This document shows positions 13,409 through 28,418 of a DNA stretch of 64,000 bases, in pieces (the stretch's first letter is position 1; the number at the start of each line of letters is the position of its first letter). The notes under the pieces are model-generated. The model was not told the DNA's origin. It saw only the letters and a program-made list of their open reading frames with translations, and searched no databases. Origin of the DNA: Podarcis liolepis (taxonomy: Eukaryota); NCBI GenBank assembly GCA_965112155.1, contig OZ218103.1; one strand, written 5' to 3'. The translations under genes were made by a program, and so were the position numbers.

Positions 13409-14014
13409 TGCCTCCTCTCTGCCATTTAATGAAATCATCAACAACATTGCTGAAATTTTAACAGTTGCGTTTTTGTTGTGTTTACAAGCCGTCAAACAGC
13501 GAGAGAGGTGCAGAATAAAAATGCTCAGTCAATGAATGGATTTCTTTAGTCCTGGCTTGTTTACATGAACCTCAGTACCTAAACCCATGTGACTCAAATA
13601 ACCTGATTACAATTAAGTGCTCGTTTTATGGACTTTAAAAGGAAGCAGACTGGCTTAAATCTAAATCTAGTTCATGGTTCAGGAACACGCAGAGATTTAT
13701 CTAACATTCCACAGTTGCTTCTTGGGACATCTGGTGGTGAGACATTTGCCCCAGGAGGGGTGAACTGCTTTGGTTAACCTTTGGCCTTTTAAGTCGCAAC
13801 ACAGAGGCAATTTCTCTCACGCACATTTCTTCACATCGAGTGAGGCAACTTTACTCCAGGGTGAGAGAACCAGAATGTGCCAACTGCACATGCATAGCTG
13901 AGGCACTGAAGAGGGGTGGTGCAGGAAATGCCCAAAAGAACAAAATTTGGAGCAAATATTTTGAAACAGTATAACAACAACCCCAAATTTAAAGCTATCC
14001 ACAAATAGAATGTA

Positions 14015-14270
14015 CCATATTTTTCGCTCTATAAGACGCACCAGACCACAAGACGCACCTAATTTTTGGAGGAGGAAAACAAGAAAAAAAAATTGAATCT
14101 CAGAAGCCAGAACAGCAAGAGGGATCGCTGTGCAGTGAAAGCAGCAACCTCTCTTGCTGTTCTGGCTTCTGGGATAGCTGCGCAGCCTGCATTCGCTCCA
14201 TAAGACACACACACATTTCCCCTTACTTTTTAGGAGGGGAAAAGTGAGTCTTATAGAGCAAAAAATACGG
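14015..14270. mobile_element. Tc1/mariner (pogo-like) MITE
   Basis: TIRs ccatatttttcgctctataagac / gtcttatagagcaaaaaatacgg with TA flanks; sister copy at 26045. Confidence 0.85.
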
Positions 14271-15325
14271 TACGTTTCTATCTGGTATTAGCTGCAGTTC
14301 AAACTTTGGATGCTCCAGTTGCACAAATAGTTTGTGCAGGACAAATTGTCAAGAATGATACTTTGTGTGCGTGCCTCTTCTTTCCCCCAGTGTTGGTTTT
14401 ATGAGCACCCAGCTGTGCCCTGACACTAAATAGAAGATGTAAATAAGGAGTTCAGGTCTGAACCCCCAAAACACAGTTTTCAACCTCCACAAGTAGCCAT
14501 AACTTAAGGCTGACATGGCTATTTAAACATATTTATTGGGTGAAGAAATACAAACACAGCCGCTTGAGACACACAAAAGCCATTTCATGCAACTGGCTAG
14601 AGCAAACAAAAAAAACCCGGAACGCTGCAAAGACCGTTAAGCAGAAACAAAAGCTCCAGGTCAGAGGGAGCACAGATTCAAGACAGCAGGTGTGCAACCT
14701 TCCACAAGGAGTTAGTTGAGTGGAAAGTTATTTTCCTCCCCTCAGTCAAAACAAATTCCTGCCCTATTAAAAGCACCGCTTCAAATGGGAAAACATCAAT
14801 TTAGCACCTCCTAGTGGACTCTCAAGGAAATACAGAATAAAAACTTTGTTTTCCTGGCCAAACTATGGATGATGATGATGATAACAACCACCCACCCTTC
14901 ATCCAAAGGTCCCAGAGCAGGTGATAGCAATTTAAAATGAAACATTAAAAAAAGAAACAGTTCAAAACAACTTAAACTCATGAAAATAGGGTGGGTCCTC
15001 AAATACATACCTCTCAGGGCCAGGTAAGTGGTACATCTTCAGCATTTGACAAAAACTGCATAGTGAAGTTGCTAGACTGACTTCTGTGGGGAAAGAGTCC
15101 TACAACTTAGGGGCTGCTTTTATCAGCTGTTTTTTTCAGAAAGGTTTGCTTATTCAGTTCTCATATTTAATTGGGAGACTTGGTCTGCAGCTTGCCTCGT
15201 TATAACTCAAAGGGGATGATGCTTCAACATGCTACAATACATACTGCAGTCAGAACTGCAACAGGGAACAAGGGCTGAGGCCACTGTCTTCTGCCAAGTG
15301 TGACAAATGGCTTATTTAGCTCAGA

Positions 15326-15714
15326 AAGTTAAAGGTAAAGTAAAGGAACCCTGGACAGTTAAGATCAGCCAGATCTGACTATGGGGTGTGGCACTCGTCT
15401 CCACTTTCAGGCCAAGGGAGCCAGCATTAGTCCACAGAGAGTTTTTCCAGGTCACGTGGCCAGCATGACTAAACGGCTTCAGGTGCAACGGGACACCGTG
15501 ACGAGTGCCAGAGTGCACGGAAACACCGTTTACCTTCCCGCTACAGTGGTACCTATTCATCTACTTGCGCTGGTGTACTTTCGAACTGCTAGGTTGGCAG
15601 GAGCTGGGACAAAGCAATGGGAGCTCACTCCGTCACAGGGATTAGTACCACCAACCTTACGATCTGCAATCCCAAGAGGCTCAGTGGTTTAGACCACGGC
15701 ACCACCCTTGTCCC
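15326..15714 (-). mobile_element. Sauria SINE
   Basis: aaaggtaaag tail and reverse-complement core ttaccttcccgc / ttcgaactgctaggttggcagg. Confidence 0.85.
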
Positions 15715-17909
15715 CATAGAATTGTCCACTACACAGAAGGAGAAAAGCTCTCCAGGGCTTCAGATAGATTTCTCTGTTGGTTGTACCTGGAGATGCTGAG
15801 GACTGAACCTGGGACCTTTGGTAGGCAACTTTTGTCCAGAGCCTCCTTTTCGTGTCTGTGAGGGGAGAGACGTCTGCTTTCCAAGCTGACTGGTGATTCT
15901 CATTTGACGCCTGAAAGCACACAAGGATCTGGGTTATTTACTACATTCATTGTTCTCCGAGAACACAGACTGCTCCTGGAGAACATCTGTCACTTGCAAA
16001 CATACTGAGGGCAAGCAGTCAGCACTTTTTTGTGTTGGCGAAAGCTCCCAAGTTAGCTCTTAAAAGTCAGACCCATTTTTATCTATCCTTTTAGCCAGAG
16101 CATATGCTGCACGAATAAGCAGCACCTCTGAAGACAGGCACCCAATTAGCATTTCTTCTTACTCCTGGATACCAGATGGAGGAGCAATTGTGGGTTCATC
16201 CTAACAAATGCTTGCAAGAAACTGCAACTCAAGTGAAGAATTTTAAAGTGTTAAAATGTCATAGGTACTAAGCAATAACCAAAAATAAAAAAAAATATTC
16301 AGAGCTTGCAGCTATGTCTCTTGAAGAGACAAACTGAAGGAATAGTTTCCTGTCACTTTTTCTTCAAACCAAGGCCACAAGAGTAGAGCATGGGCAGAAT
16401 TGGCTTTCTGTTGGATCAGGGCCATCTCCTTGTCAATCTCCTGATGCTGTATCACACCAGGAGATTTTTATTTCAATCTGAAGCAGACAAAGCTTGAATG
16501 GAAATGAACTCAAGTGCCAAATTGGAAAGGCGGTGACTTCAAGCCATGGCTGCCAAAGAAGAATATTTCCTTTTGAATTCATCTTCACCGTAGCTTTACC
16601 TATTCCGCACCTGAGATCAGGTGATGAGACAGGTAGGTGTGGCTTGGCCAAAACAGCCTCGTGAGCCAAATGTGGAGGCCTAGAGGCTCTCACGAGGCTT
16701 GCAAAGCTAAAGGTTCTCCACCACTGTACTACAAAGTATTATTTTTTATTCACTTTATCATCTTGTGTTAAAAAAAAATCCTTTACAATCTGAATGACTG
16801 AGAGATGACAGAAATCTAAATACAAAAGGGTCGTTGCTTTTTTAATGGTTCCTACACTACTCAGGATAAAGTGTAACTATTGTCTGATTCATATAATCTG
16901 CCTCACTTTCCTCGTTGTTCTCAGAAAAGAATATGCAGACATGTTATAAAAAATGTTGTTGCTGCTGCTGCTGCAGAGATGCTTGATGGCTCTCAAAAGC
17001 TTGCAACACCATTTAAGGCAACTAGTTGGTTAAATTCAAAGAAAGCAAGGCGGGGCTAGACTTACAATTAGGCAGAGTGAGGCAACAGAGATAGCAAATG
17101 TCAGATATTTTGGAACACTGTGTGTTTGTCAAACATTCTGCTGTTTTCTTGCTTGCGTCCCAACAATGCCTTCTTGTAGACAAAGTCCTTTTCTGAGTCT
17201 GAGGAAGAAAAGTCAGATGGCACATCTATGGTGGTAAAAATGAAAAATGGCAAGAAAAGTACAACTCACCAGGGGGCAGGGGCATGGCGAAATCCCATTA
17301 AAAACATATACAAAGCTTTGTGTGACTCAACACAGATATTCTTGATTTATAGGAAATTATGGAGTTTTTTATTAAGCACATTTTTGTCAGTTTTGGAGTA
17401 AGGATACCAGATACACTTCCAAACATATAGTTTTATTTCAGTGACCTATTTACATATTTTACATACATTTCAAAATAGCATCACTATCACCACCACAATA
17501 CATTGTTGAAAACTTCACCCCTTTAAAATGTCATTTCTTGATTTTAGAAACAAATATCTTCTACCCCAATGGTAGTTCAGTAAACAATTCTCACATTTTT
17601 TTCAGTTTCATGAATGAACAGAACACTCTGAAATTCCATAGCCCGCACAAATATTTACCACAATATTCTAAAAGGTTGTGTTTTCATTAAAAGGGTTCTA
17701 ATTGAAACATTGTGGGTTTATAGACATGACATCTAAAACAATACCAATCAATGCATTCTATAATTTCCTGTATAATAATAGAGTCCATAAATGTGCTGTA
17801 TGGTTGGCAATGCTTTTTGCTCCCTGGTCCAGTGGTGAAATCAAGGTTCAGTAGACGTTCTACGTGTTCAAGAACAACATTGTCAGCAGTCAAACTTTTG
17901 TTCAATTCA

Positions 17910-17989
17910 TCACTGCTTCTTTTTTCTCATCTGCTCCTCAGGGTCTAGCTTGCGTTTCTTAAACGAAGCAGGTTCATCTTTTTCATCAT
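17910..17989 (-). CDS. C1orf52: UPF0690 protein C1orf52 homolog, coding exon 3 (last)
   Basis: (D)DEKDEPASFKKRKLDPEEQMRKKKQ*; AG acceptor at 17990-17991; phase 1 matches exon 2. Confidence 0.9.
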
Positions 17990-18059
17990 CTTCAAATAAA
18001 AAAGTATTTATAAATGCAAATATATGCATAAGCTGGAGGTTTTTAAAGCCCCATTTACA

Positions 18060-18370
18060 AAAGCTTGGCTTCAATTCATCTGGCATAATGCGTTCAGTTC
18101 TTGGCAACACACTTTGGAAGAAGGATATAGAATGGTTCAGAAGGTGGCAACAAAAAATGATCAAGGGTATAGAAAAAAGTTCTATAAGGAAAGGTTGAAT
18201 GAAGGAGTTGGATATTTTTAACCTGGAAAAAATTGAGGAGGGACTTGATATTCCTTGAAGTGTGTGTTTTCTGATTTAGCAGACTGTAGGATTACATCCA
18301 ATAGGCTTAATTTACAGGAAAGTATATAGTTGAACATCAAGTGGTAATTAATGGTAAGAGCAGTTCAACA
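18060..18370 (+). mobile_element. Ancient CR1 ORF2 C-terminal remnant in C1orf52 intron 2
   Basis: Decayed match to the CR1 VQFW..HFKKDIE..VQ..ATKMI.G...Y.ERL..LG.F.LEK region. Confidence 0.6.
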
Positions 18371-18848
18371 ATTTTTAAAAACAAAGTGTTTGGTACAGGG
18401 AGGATTGTGCTGGCACATCTCTGTGGCCAGTAACGGTCTACAGTCTAGTAGTTTCTACTTGTGAGCATCACCAAATAAGCATGGGGTAGAATGGAGGCAT
18501 ATTTTTATATATTAAACATTCTAGTCAAAGCTTGCATCTTTAATAGGAATAGCAGTCAAACCAAAAGGACACACGGAAACAAGGGTCCAAAAGAAATCTA
18601 AAATAGCAAGTTAAACCATTTATTAGAAGCAGCAATATCCTCCAGTGATTTAAGCGATGAAAAACTCAGAGTTAGTATCAGAATATTCAGGGATTGTCCT
18701 GAGGAAGAAACTACTTAAAATACCTCAGAACATGACACACACCTTCATTATCAAAACAGAAACTCCCGCGCATCAGTAAAAGCCAACAGACAAAAGTGGC
18801 TTTGAACGTTAGGAAAGCGAAGGAGGAAGAAAAGAAATAGATATTATA

Positions 18849-19090
18849 CAGTGGTACCTTGGGTTAAGAACTTAATTCGTTCTGGAGGTCCATTCTTAAC
18901 CTGAAATTGTTCTTAACCTGAAGCACCACTTTAGCTAATGGGGCCTCCCACTGCTGCTGTGCCACTGCTGCGAGATTTCTGTTCTCATCCTGAAGCAAAG
19001 TTCTTAACACGAGGTACTATTTCTGGGTGAGTGGAGTCTATAACCTGAAGCGTCTGTAACCTGAAGCATATGTAACCCGAGGTACCACTG
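18849..19090. mobile_element. Tc1/mariner (Tigger-like) MITE
   Basis: cagtggtacc...ggtaccactg TIRs, TA TSD. Confidence 0.85.
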
Positions 19091-19552
19091 TAGTCTGAAA
19101 ATACAGGAAGATACAGCCTTGCTGATGCTAAGCAAGTCTGGATCTGATGCCTTGTGACTACCTGGAAACCACATGTATGCCATCTTGGATTCCATGATAA
19201 TAGAAGAAAAGTTGGACATAAACATAATGAAAATGAATGTCTTCCACTCTCCCACCCTGTTATTTCCTGCACTATTCAATCCCCATCTTGAGGGGAAGAT
19301 GCGAAGATTCTGTTATAGGTAAGCATGCAAAAACAGGAAGTGCCTTGTACTTCCTGTGCCCCCGCGTTCCATGACAAACAACCCAAACTACCTTCAGGTG
19401 TAAAATTGTAACAGCAAAACTATGCTGCTTTTATTATTACATCGCTGAAAAAGCCACGGGATGTATTGCTGGCTAAAAGTATGCCTGGATTCAAAACTAC
19501 ACTATACAAATTGGCATTGATGGAAGTATCTAACTGGCACGGGGGAGATTTA

Positions 19553-20014
<462 letters not shown>

Positions 20015-20573
20015 TCAAAATGGTTTAAGCAAATAAGCCAAGCCACTCATTACAAGGATAAATGGAGGAGGAATACAAAACAAGTAACCCTGATCTAGGA
20101 GAAATACTCCATCTTCATCCCAAATAGGATAAATAAGTTCCATATTTTGGATACAAACAAGAAAGCAAACCCCACTGACCAAGGAGTTCCGTATCTTTAA
20201 TGCTAGGCTTTAAAGCAGCCTCTGGCTCTAGGGAAGGATTGGGGACCTGAAGCTCTCCAGATGTTTTTCGGTGTCAACTCCAACCAGCTCCAGACACCAT
20301 GGCTAATAGTCAGGGATGATGGGAGCTGGAGTCCAATGTATCTGGAGGTCCACAGAATCCTCATCCCTTCCCCTAGAAGGATGGAAGGACCAACACAGGA
20401 TTTTCATTAAAAAAACTAATTATTTTTATAATTATAAAAAATTTAAATATTTAACACCGAGAAGTTGTAAAGAGACAAGTGCTGCTGGGGCAATTGTTGT
20501 TGCCCTATGGCTGGACCTTCAATGAGAGCCCTTTCTGTTCCCAGACAAACAGTCAATACCAGAATATTTAGAT

Positions 20574-20788
20574 CTGTGGTTCCCAACATGTGGCACACGC
20601 CCCACAGGGGGGCAATTTGATTTTAAAGGGGGGCAATTTGAGAATTAGTTAAACCAAGTTAATGTCCTTTTAGGCTTCCTCCACATGACTAGGAGTTCAC
20701 TTTTTGAATAATAAGAATTATCGTATATGTCACAGGATTTTAGAGATGCCTAGGTGGGGAACGACCAAAAAAAGGTTGGGAACCACTG
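20574..20788. mobile_element. hAT MITE
   Basis: TIRs ctgtggttcccaac / gttgggaaccactg; 8-bp TSD atttagat/atctagat. Confidence 0.8.
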
Positions 20789-21351
20789 ATCTAGATACTA
20801 TTTTAATGTGTAGCCATCAATTATGCATAGCCATCGATTATAATGTAATTAACATCACACACAACTTTTCAGCGTTCCATATGCACCTGAAACTCAGGAT
20901 AACAGATCCAATGAAGCAAACCAACACTCAAGATAGATTTGTGTGTGTACATGTGTGTATATGCTCAAGGTGGGGCCTAAAAGTCTCAAATACCCTCTCC
21001 AGCCAGGGTCTCCAATAGCCCTAAACCAACCTTTTTAGGCCACAAGCCTCCCTAATAAAATAAATTTAGGACACAAGAAACACAAGTATAGACTGCCAGG
21101 GGCACCAGCAGCCGGAAAAGCTACAGGCCCCGGCAGTGAGGCACACATAGGAGCCAACTCCTAGGGGCCAAAGTCCCTTCAGCCATCCCAATAAAATATG
21201 TGACCCCCCTCGCAAGTTGCCATTCAAATAGTGTGCGTGTATGCAGTGTTGTGGTCGGTTATGGGGGAGCTTACCTGTCCCCCCAAACATTTTATTTACC
21301 CCTGGATGCACATCATGCGTGTATCTCTCCCTTATACAACTCCGCCCTTTA

Positions 21352-21930
<579 letters not shown>

Positions 21931-22055
21931 AACTCTCCTCCTCTCTGCTGCTGCCCCACTTGGGGGAAATATACAGTATATATATCCAGTGTTAATATAT
22001 CACTTGTGTTGAGGTCGATGGGGGCTCTCACGCGCAAGTGAACGTGTAAGGGATT

Positions 22056-22423
22056 GCAGACCCTCCAAGTGTTCCTATTTTCCAGGGGCATCGCTGATTT
22101 AGAGAAGCTGTCCCGGTTTCTGATTTGATCCACTTTTCCTTAGGATGGCCCTACCTTTACCTTGGAGAAATGTTGGAGGGGATGGAATAGAACTTCCCTA
22201 TTGTCGTTGGAGAAATGTTGGAGGGTATGGAGTTTATGCGACCGCCAAGCGGTCTGAAGGCAATCCTGTATAGGGAAGTTGTTTTTTTTAATGTTTTTAT
22301 ATCTGTTGGAAGCTGCCCAGAGTAGCTGGGGCAACCCAGTCAGATGTGTGGGGCATAAATAGTAAAATTATCATTATGGAATGGAATGTCCCTATTTTCA
22401 TTGGAGAAATGTTGGAGGGTATG
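22056..22423. mobile_element. Second copy (opposite orientation) of the composite repeat at 4575-4941
   Basis: gagaaatgttggaggg subrepeats, with the L2-like segment in the same relative position. Confidence 0.6.
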
Positions 22424-22887
22424 GGATTGTAGTCTAGGGAGTTGCATCCACACATTTAAAGCACATGGGCCCCCCTCCCCTAAATCCTGGGAACTTTAGT
22501 TTGTTAAAGGCTCTAGAAATTGTTGCTGAGTGTGGAGTAAAATAGAGTTCCCAGGATTCTTTGGTGGCCAGGAACCATGTGCTTTAAATGCCTCCTTTAT
22601 GGGCTGATGTTAATATGTGTTGAATTATTTGAAGTCGTTCTACTGGGCAGTGAAGTTGAGGATGCAATGGAAGATAAAGTGGGTTGCTTTGCCTGTGACT
22701 GCTACACAATAGGCATGGTAACATGCTCAAAGGCATGTTCACTCACCTTTGCAACAGGTCTTGTCATGGGCATAGCCGGGGGGGGGGGAGTGGGGGCAGC
22801 TGCCCCCCCCCATCAATAAAAATCAGTAGCCAAGGTTCTGCCTCCTTAACAAAAGGCATGCCCCCCCCCCAATCTGCCTCTTTGGGC

Positions 22888-23227
22888 CAGGGGTCAGTAA
22901 ACCTTTTCAGCAGGGGGCCGGTCCACTGTCCCTCAGACCTTGTGGGGGGCTGAACTATATCTTTGGGGGGGGGATGAATGAATTCCTATGCCCCACAAGT
23001 CTAGAGATGCATTTTAAATAAAAGAACACATTCTACTCATGTAAAAACACCAGACAGGTCCCACAAATAATCCAGAGAAGCATTTTAAATAAAAGGACAC
23101 ATTCTACTCATGTAAAAACATGCTGATTCCGGGACTGTCTGTGGGCCAGATTTAAAAGGCCATTGGGCCAGATTTAGAAGGTGATTGGGCCAGATCCAGC
23201 CCCCAGGCCTTAGTTTGCCTACCCATG
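22888..23227. mobile_element. hAT non-autonomous element
   Basis: Ends caggggtcagtaaac / gtttgcctacccatg; internal duplication of cattttaaataaaag.acacattctactcatgtaaaaaca. Confidence 0.65.
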
Positions 23228-26044
23228 ATCTAGGCCCACTCCAAGATACAGGGCTTTCTTTGTGATGGGAGTCTCTCTGGACCACAGCAATGCCTCATCA
23301 CCCCAGTCTGTATTAGTATAGCACCAAGTACCTGGCTGAGCAGAACTACACTCAGCCCAGCTCACAATGCTTTATAAACACACATGCCAACCAAGGATCA
23401 CAATGCATGCATGTGATGAAATGGACTCTGGTCCACAACGGCTTGTGCTGTAATAAATTTGATGTATAAAATGCTACAAGACTTTGCTATTCTGTGTGCA
23501 ACAGGATATAAAAGAGCACAGACCTGGTTACTCAAAATGCTGTAGTTAAAGGAAAAACTAAGCTTCAAAGAGCAGCACATTACTGGAGGCTTATAAACCC
23601 CTGTACTAGCTGTGTGGGTCCAAAGTTATCCCAAAGCCTCTCTTTTCCAGCAACCATCAACAGCTGAGATTTTACTCTGGTCACCTACAGCAGATCCAAG
23701 CTTTGGCAGCCATCCATTTTCCAAAGCAACCACACATTCAAACACTGGTATCTTCCACCCAAATATTTCTCACCTTATATTCCAACAGAGAAAGGCAGAG
23801 TATGGTCAAAACATTCTTTCATTTTAAAATTCATTCTTACATAATTGACTGCAAGGACAACAAAAGCCATTACAGGGAAGGAAGAAAATATTTTAACACT
23901 CACTGCCAAATTCATTGATGACCTATCCCAACAAGTATTCTGGTGCAAAATATATTTACAAACATATTAAATAACCTTAGAGTTCATGCCTTATGTAGCC
24001 ATATAGCCTTACTTGGATATAAAGCTTTTGTTATTTTACACCCTTGCATCACCATAACAATCTGCTAGAATGCATTTGTTATGTCATTTGGCTAGCATCA
24101 ACTGTGGTTTCTATAGTATTCATGAAAAGTTACAATGTTAGAAAGAATTGTGACCAAACCAATCTCAGCCCACTCCTAAGAGTAATGCCTTAGGCCAATA
24201 GTTACGGGTAGAATTAAGCAGAAACAAATTATCATATTAGAAGAAAAATATTCTGCCCAGAGCACCAAAACATTAAGAATTGTGTGAGACCAGGGTCTCT
24301 CTTCCAGCACTTTTTCCAACAGCAGGCAGCCAGATTCTTCCCAGAAGTCTACAAGCCAAGTATGAAAACAAGCCCATTGCAGTACACACACAAGCCTCTA
24401 ATATGCAGAAAACACGGGTTCTGAACATGGATGTTCCTTTTCATTATCATGGCTAATGTATCAGGGCCTAGTGCTGTAAAGGAACCTGTTGAAGGCTACA
24501 ATGATCCTCCAATTTGAAATGCCACAAAGATATAACCTGATCTAAATGTATTTTATTGTCAGGTGTCAACAACCCTTGAACAATGCTGCTCAGCAAAGCC
24601 ATTAAGAACACAGCTGCCACTGAATAGAAAGCAAACTTAGCACATGTGAGGTGTACTTTAAAAAAGAACAACCCACCTAATGACAATTTATTAGAAATTA
24701 ATGCTTCTCAGGTTGCTTGTTTCAAAAGTTTAACTCTACAAGAGAAATATTTTTGAACAGTTGAGTTTAGAGTTTCCAAACATTTTTTTCAGTTCAGCAT
24801 TGTTTTATACTGGTTGTACCTTTCTTTTTTTTGGGGGGGGGGGGTAATACAGCAGTTGTGAACAGTCCGCAATTTACACAGTAGAACACATTATGGTCAG
24901 AAATAGTCACAGAAATAGTGGCAATTTCCACACAAATAAATTTTGGATTATAGGGGATCACATACTTGGGAGAGGAATAAACCCTAGTGCAATTTCAAAA
25001 TCTAGAAAGCCATAAAGCTTTTCAGGGGAAAACATCACACAATATTAAATGTTCAGTTCACAGTTGTGTGAATACAAGGTTTTGTTTAACACAGCAACAT
25101 CTAGAGTAGGTAATCAGATAAAAGAACTTAATGCCCTGTAAATCACCAGCATGGAAGTTTGAGTTCAGGCAAGCTACATGGCAAGCAAGTACTTAATACA
25201 CTGCGACAGAACCACCACCAGATCAGTTTGTGCTTAAGATCTACTGTGTTCTGCAGACAGTGACCAGTGTAATTGACCCATTACCATCAGATCAAATGTT
25301 CTTAAAATATTTGCCTGTAATTCTAATACAGTGGGACTTACTTCTGAGTGAACATGCATAGGAGCAGGCTGTAAATTAGTGTAATTTATTGCACGTTTTA
25401 ATCCAAGGGCTTGTGAAAGAAAGATGCAGGCACATTTCAATACGTTGGTATTTCTGAGACAACTTATTTTTGACTGGAAATAAAAAAGGCACTGCTTCCC
25501 TGAGGTTTAAAGTAGACATACAGTTACTACAGAAGACAGCAAAAGACACACTACATCCCTGATAATGCCCAGAGCGCAAATACTTTTTAAAGTGTATACA
25601 TTTGGAATTTAAAAGAATATCATGTTCGTTTAGTTGTACGTTCGCAAATGTTGAGAAGTACGCATCTTTAGTAAAGCTAAGCAACAATAGTATTAGAACA
25701 GAAAAGAGGTTTAGAAAAAAATAGTATTAAGAGTAGAAAAGAGGTTTAGAAAAGTTAATAAAAAATGGCAAATCCTGGAAGTACACAGGAAAGTAAGGCC
25801 CCTCTTTACTGCCATCTTTCTTTTGCTGCATCTTTTCCCTGTTAGTTAGCAACAAAAAATCCCTTTAGTGGCTTGTAGCTAATTCATATTTGTGACAACC
25901 TGTTTCACTTTGAGAAAGTAATTAAGCTGTTAATTTTAGATATATATTCAGTATTGTAAAGGAGCCCAAGGCATATGTACTAAAACGAAGTAAAATGCCT
26001 AGAAAGTTAATGTTTTGATAGTGAATAAAAATGAATTTGATCCA

Positions 26045-26315
26045 CCGTATTTTTCGCTCTATAAGACGCACCTACAGACCATAAGACGCACCTAGTTTTT
26101 GGAGGAGGAAAACAAGGAAAAAAAAATTCTGAATCCCAGAAACCAGAACAGCAAGAGGGATTGCTACGCAGCGAAAGCAGCGATCCCTCTTGCTGTTCTG
26201 GCTTCTGGGATAGCTGCGCAGCCTGCATTCGCTCCATAAGACGCACACACATTTCCCCTTACTTTTTAGGAGGGAAAAAGTGAGTCTTATAGAGCAAAAA
26301 ATACAAAAAATACGG
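26045..26315. mobile_element. Tc1/mariner (pogo-like) MITE downstream of the BCL10 stop codon
   Basis: Near-identical to 14015-14270. Confidence 0.85.
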
Positions 26316-27140
26316 TAATTGCTTTTGAAGATCAGCGGCAATAGAGTATTACTCAGAAGATCATGTCTTACTCCAAAAGAAGGCACTTAACCCTACAGCC
26401 AGGAATTTGTTCATGTCACACAAAAACTGGACAAGGCAGGCACCCCATGATACATTACAAAACAATCGTATAAAGTACTTGGGTTGCAAACCAAAGAATA
26501 CGTCTCCCTAGGTTCCGAGGCTTCTTTACTTCCTGTCAATAGTAACTAAGCAGAACTTACCAATGTAATGCCAACACCCGTGAGATGTAAGACTCACCAC
26601 CCTCATTCATGACTACTATGTTCAACTCAAAACTTTCCTCGGTGCAAACTTCCCTCCTCATGACACTTCATCAGCACGAATTGGGAGAAAACTAGAAAGT
26701 TCTCAGGAATCAGCAAGCTCAAAAAATCACCAGATTAAATTTCTCTTACAATGCAGAAGAGGATCAAATTATGCTTTCTCGGTGTGAATTTTATGCAGAC
26801 AGTGCATATAGAAAACAGTAGGAAAAACCTCCTTAAAATGTTCAATTGAGCATCATTTTGCCTATATTGTTTTTGAATAGAAAATACCATTTAAAAGCTT
26901 TTACACTGCCAAAAAAAAAAAAAAAAAAAAAGCAACCAATAAAAGCATACAAACAAACATTTGAAATATGAATTAGTGGGGGAAACAGTTCAGATTTTTT
27001 TTATAAAAAAAAACTTATAAGATGCAGTGAGCTGTCAAGCTATTTCTTGATCTATTGTGACTTTACAGTTAGACACTTTTTCCTCACCACCCAAAACTGT
27101 TCAAGGCATCCATCATGATAGTACTCAAGGAAAAATATCG

Positions 27141-27499
27141 CTACGGAAGAAGAGAGCGGGATCTTAAAGGCAGGAAAGGACTGTCACTCGAAGTCGTACA
27201 TGTTTCCTCTTGTTCATTTTGCAATTGCGGCGGAAGAGGTGGGGCTCCAGAATCTCCAGGGCCGGGAAGCGTGGCTGAGAATACAGAGTTTTCTGTACTT
27301 CCAACCTCAGTAATCGGCAAATTCATTGAATGAAGAGAAGCGGCGGATACAAAAGCAGATGTACTAAACTCTTCTGGATGAAGGTAGGTGGTTTCTCTGT
27401 CTTTTTGTTTCTCAAAGAGATTAGATTCATTCGACTGTGATCTGGAGAGATTGTTCGATTGGTCATACCCTGAAGCCATGCAGTTGCTACAGTTCAAGC
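27141..27499 (-). CDS. BCL10: B-cell lymphoma/leukemia 10, coding exon 3 (Ser/Thr-rich tail)
   Basis: (G)LNCSNC...NNLSRSQSNESNLFEK...FSATLPGPGDSGAPPLPP...FLPLRSRSLLP*; AG at 27500-27501. Confidence 0.93.
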
Positions 27500-27619
27500 C
27501 TGTAATAAAGACATAAAATGTATCATTTGCATACAATTTACACAGTGTGGTGGTTTGTTTGTTTCTTTAAGTCTACAACACTACCTCTTGAGTCCATGCA
27601 TGCAGTGTTACGAGTACTG

Positions 27620-27682
27620 GTTCTTATTTTTAAAAATTGGTGTTACGCTGACCACTTTCCAATCCTCAGGTATAGAGGCATG
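27620..27682 (-). mobile_element. Short CR1 ORF2 fragment in BCL10 intron 2
   Basis: IPEDWKVVSVTPIFK resembles the CR1 motif VPEDW..ANVTPIFKKG. Confidence 0.55.
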
Positions 27683-28129
27683 TAGTTGACCACTGTGAGA
27701 ACAGGGTGCTGCAGTAGATGGGCCATTGGCCTGATACAGCAGGTTCTTAAGAGGTAAAATTAAAAGGCAGAAACCAATTACCAATATAATCCAATGCAAC
27801 TACCCAGGCCAGACATAAAACACTCAAATAGAAACATTACATTAAGTTCTTCCACATATCCCCTTTCCAAAGGACACCCCCACCCTAATGCTATCACCTG
27901 ACTTTGACCAAACTAATTCTGGTCAGTAGCTTGTGCCTTGGGTTTATTCATCTTAAGTACAAAAAGAGAACCAAAACCCACAGCTGACAACTGAAGTTTT
28001 ACCTGGCATAAGTCCCCCAAAATCAGCGGAACACACTTTTGAGCAAACACGCACAGAAGCAGGTTGCATGAAAATTAATTTTTACAAAAACCTTTTGGAA
28101 TAGATTCAAATGCATGTTATTCCATTTAC

Positions 28130-28418
28130 CTTTGAGGCTTTCCAATTTTTCATTTTTTGCCTTCAAGACAGCATCGGTTATCTTTTCTAACAGGAAGGTC
28201 TGTGTTTTTTCCCATCTAATAGATTCTATTAGTGCATCCAGTCCTTTGGGATGTTCTGCTAAGTAATCCAGCAGCTTCCCAGCTTTCTTCCTACTTGAAG
28301 ATCGACAAGAGATTTCTTCAGTGTCCTCTCTGCTGAGTATTTTTTTTGAACGTAGATAATCAAAGTGTCTTTCTGCAATAATTTTGTCACACAGATAGCG
28401 GCGCAATCGTTCCAAAAC
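28130..28418 (-). CDS. BCL10: BCL10 coding exon 2 (CARD)
   Basis: VLERLRRYLCDKIIAERHFDYLRSKKILSREDTEEISCRSSSRKKAGKLLDYL...; 289 nt with AG/GT boundaries. Confidence 0.96.

Noticed and set aside
26911-26931. A21 run as a retrocopy poly(A) tail
   Set aside because: No upstream element or TSD; more simply a U-tract in the BCL10 3' UTR.
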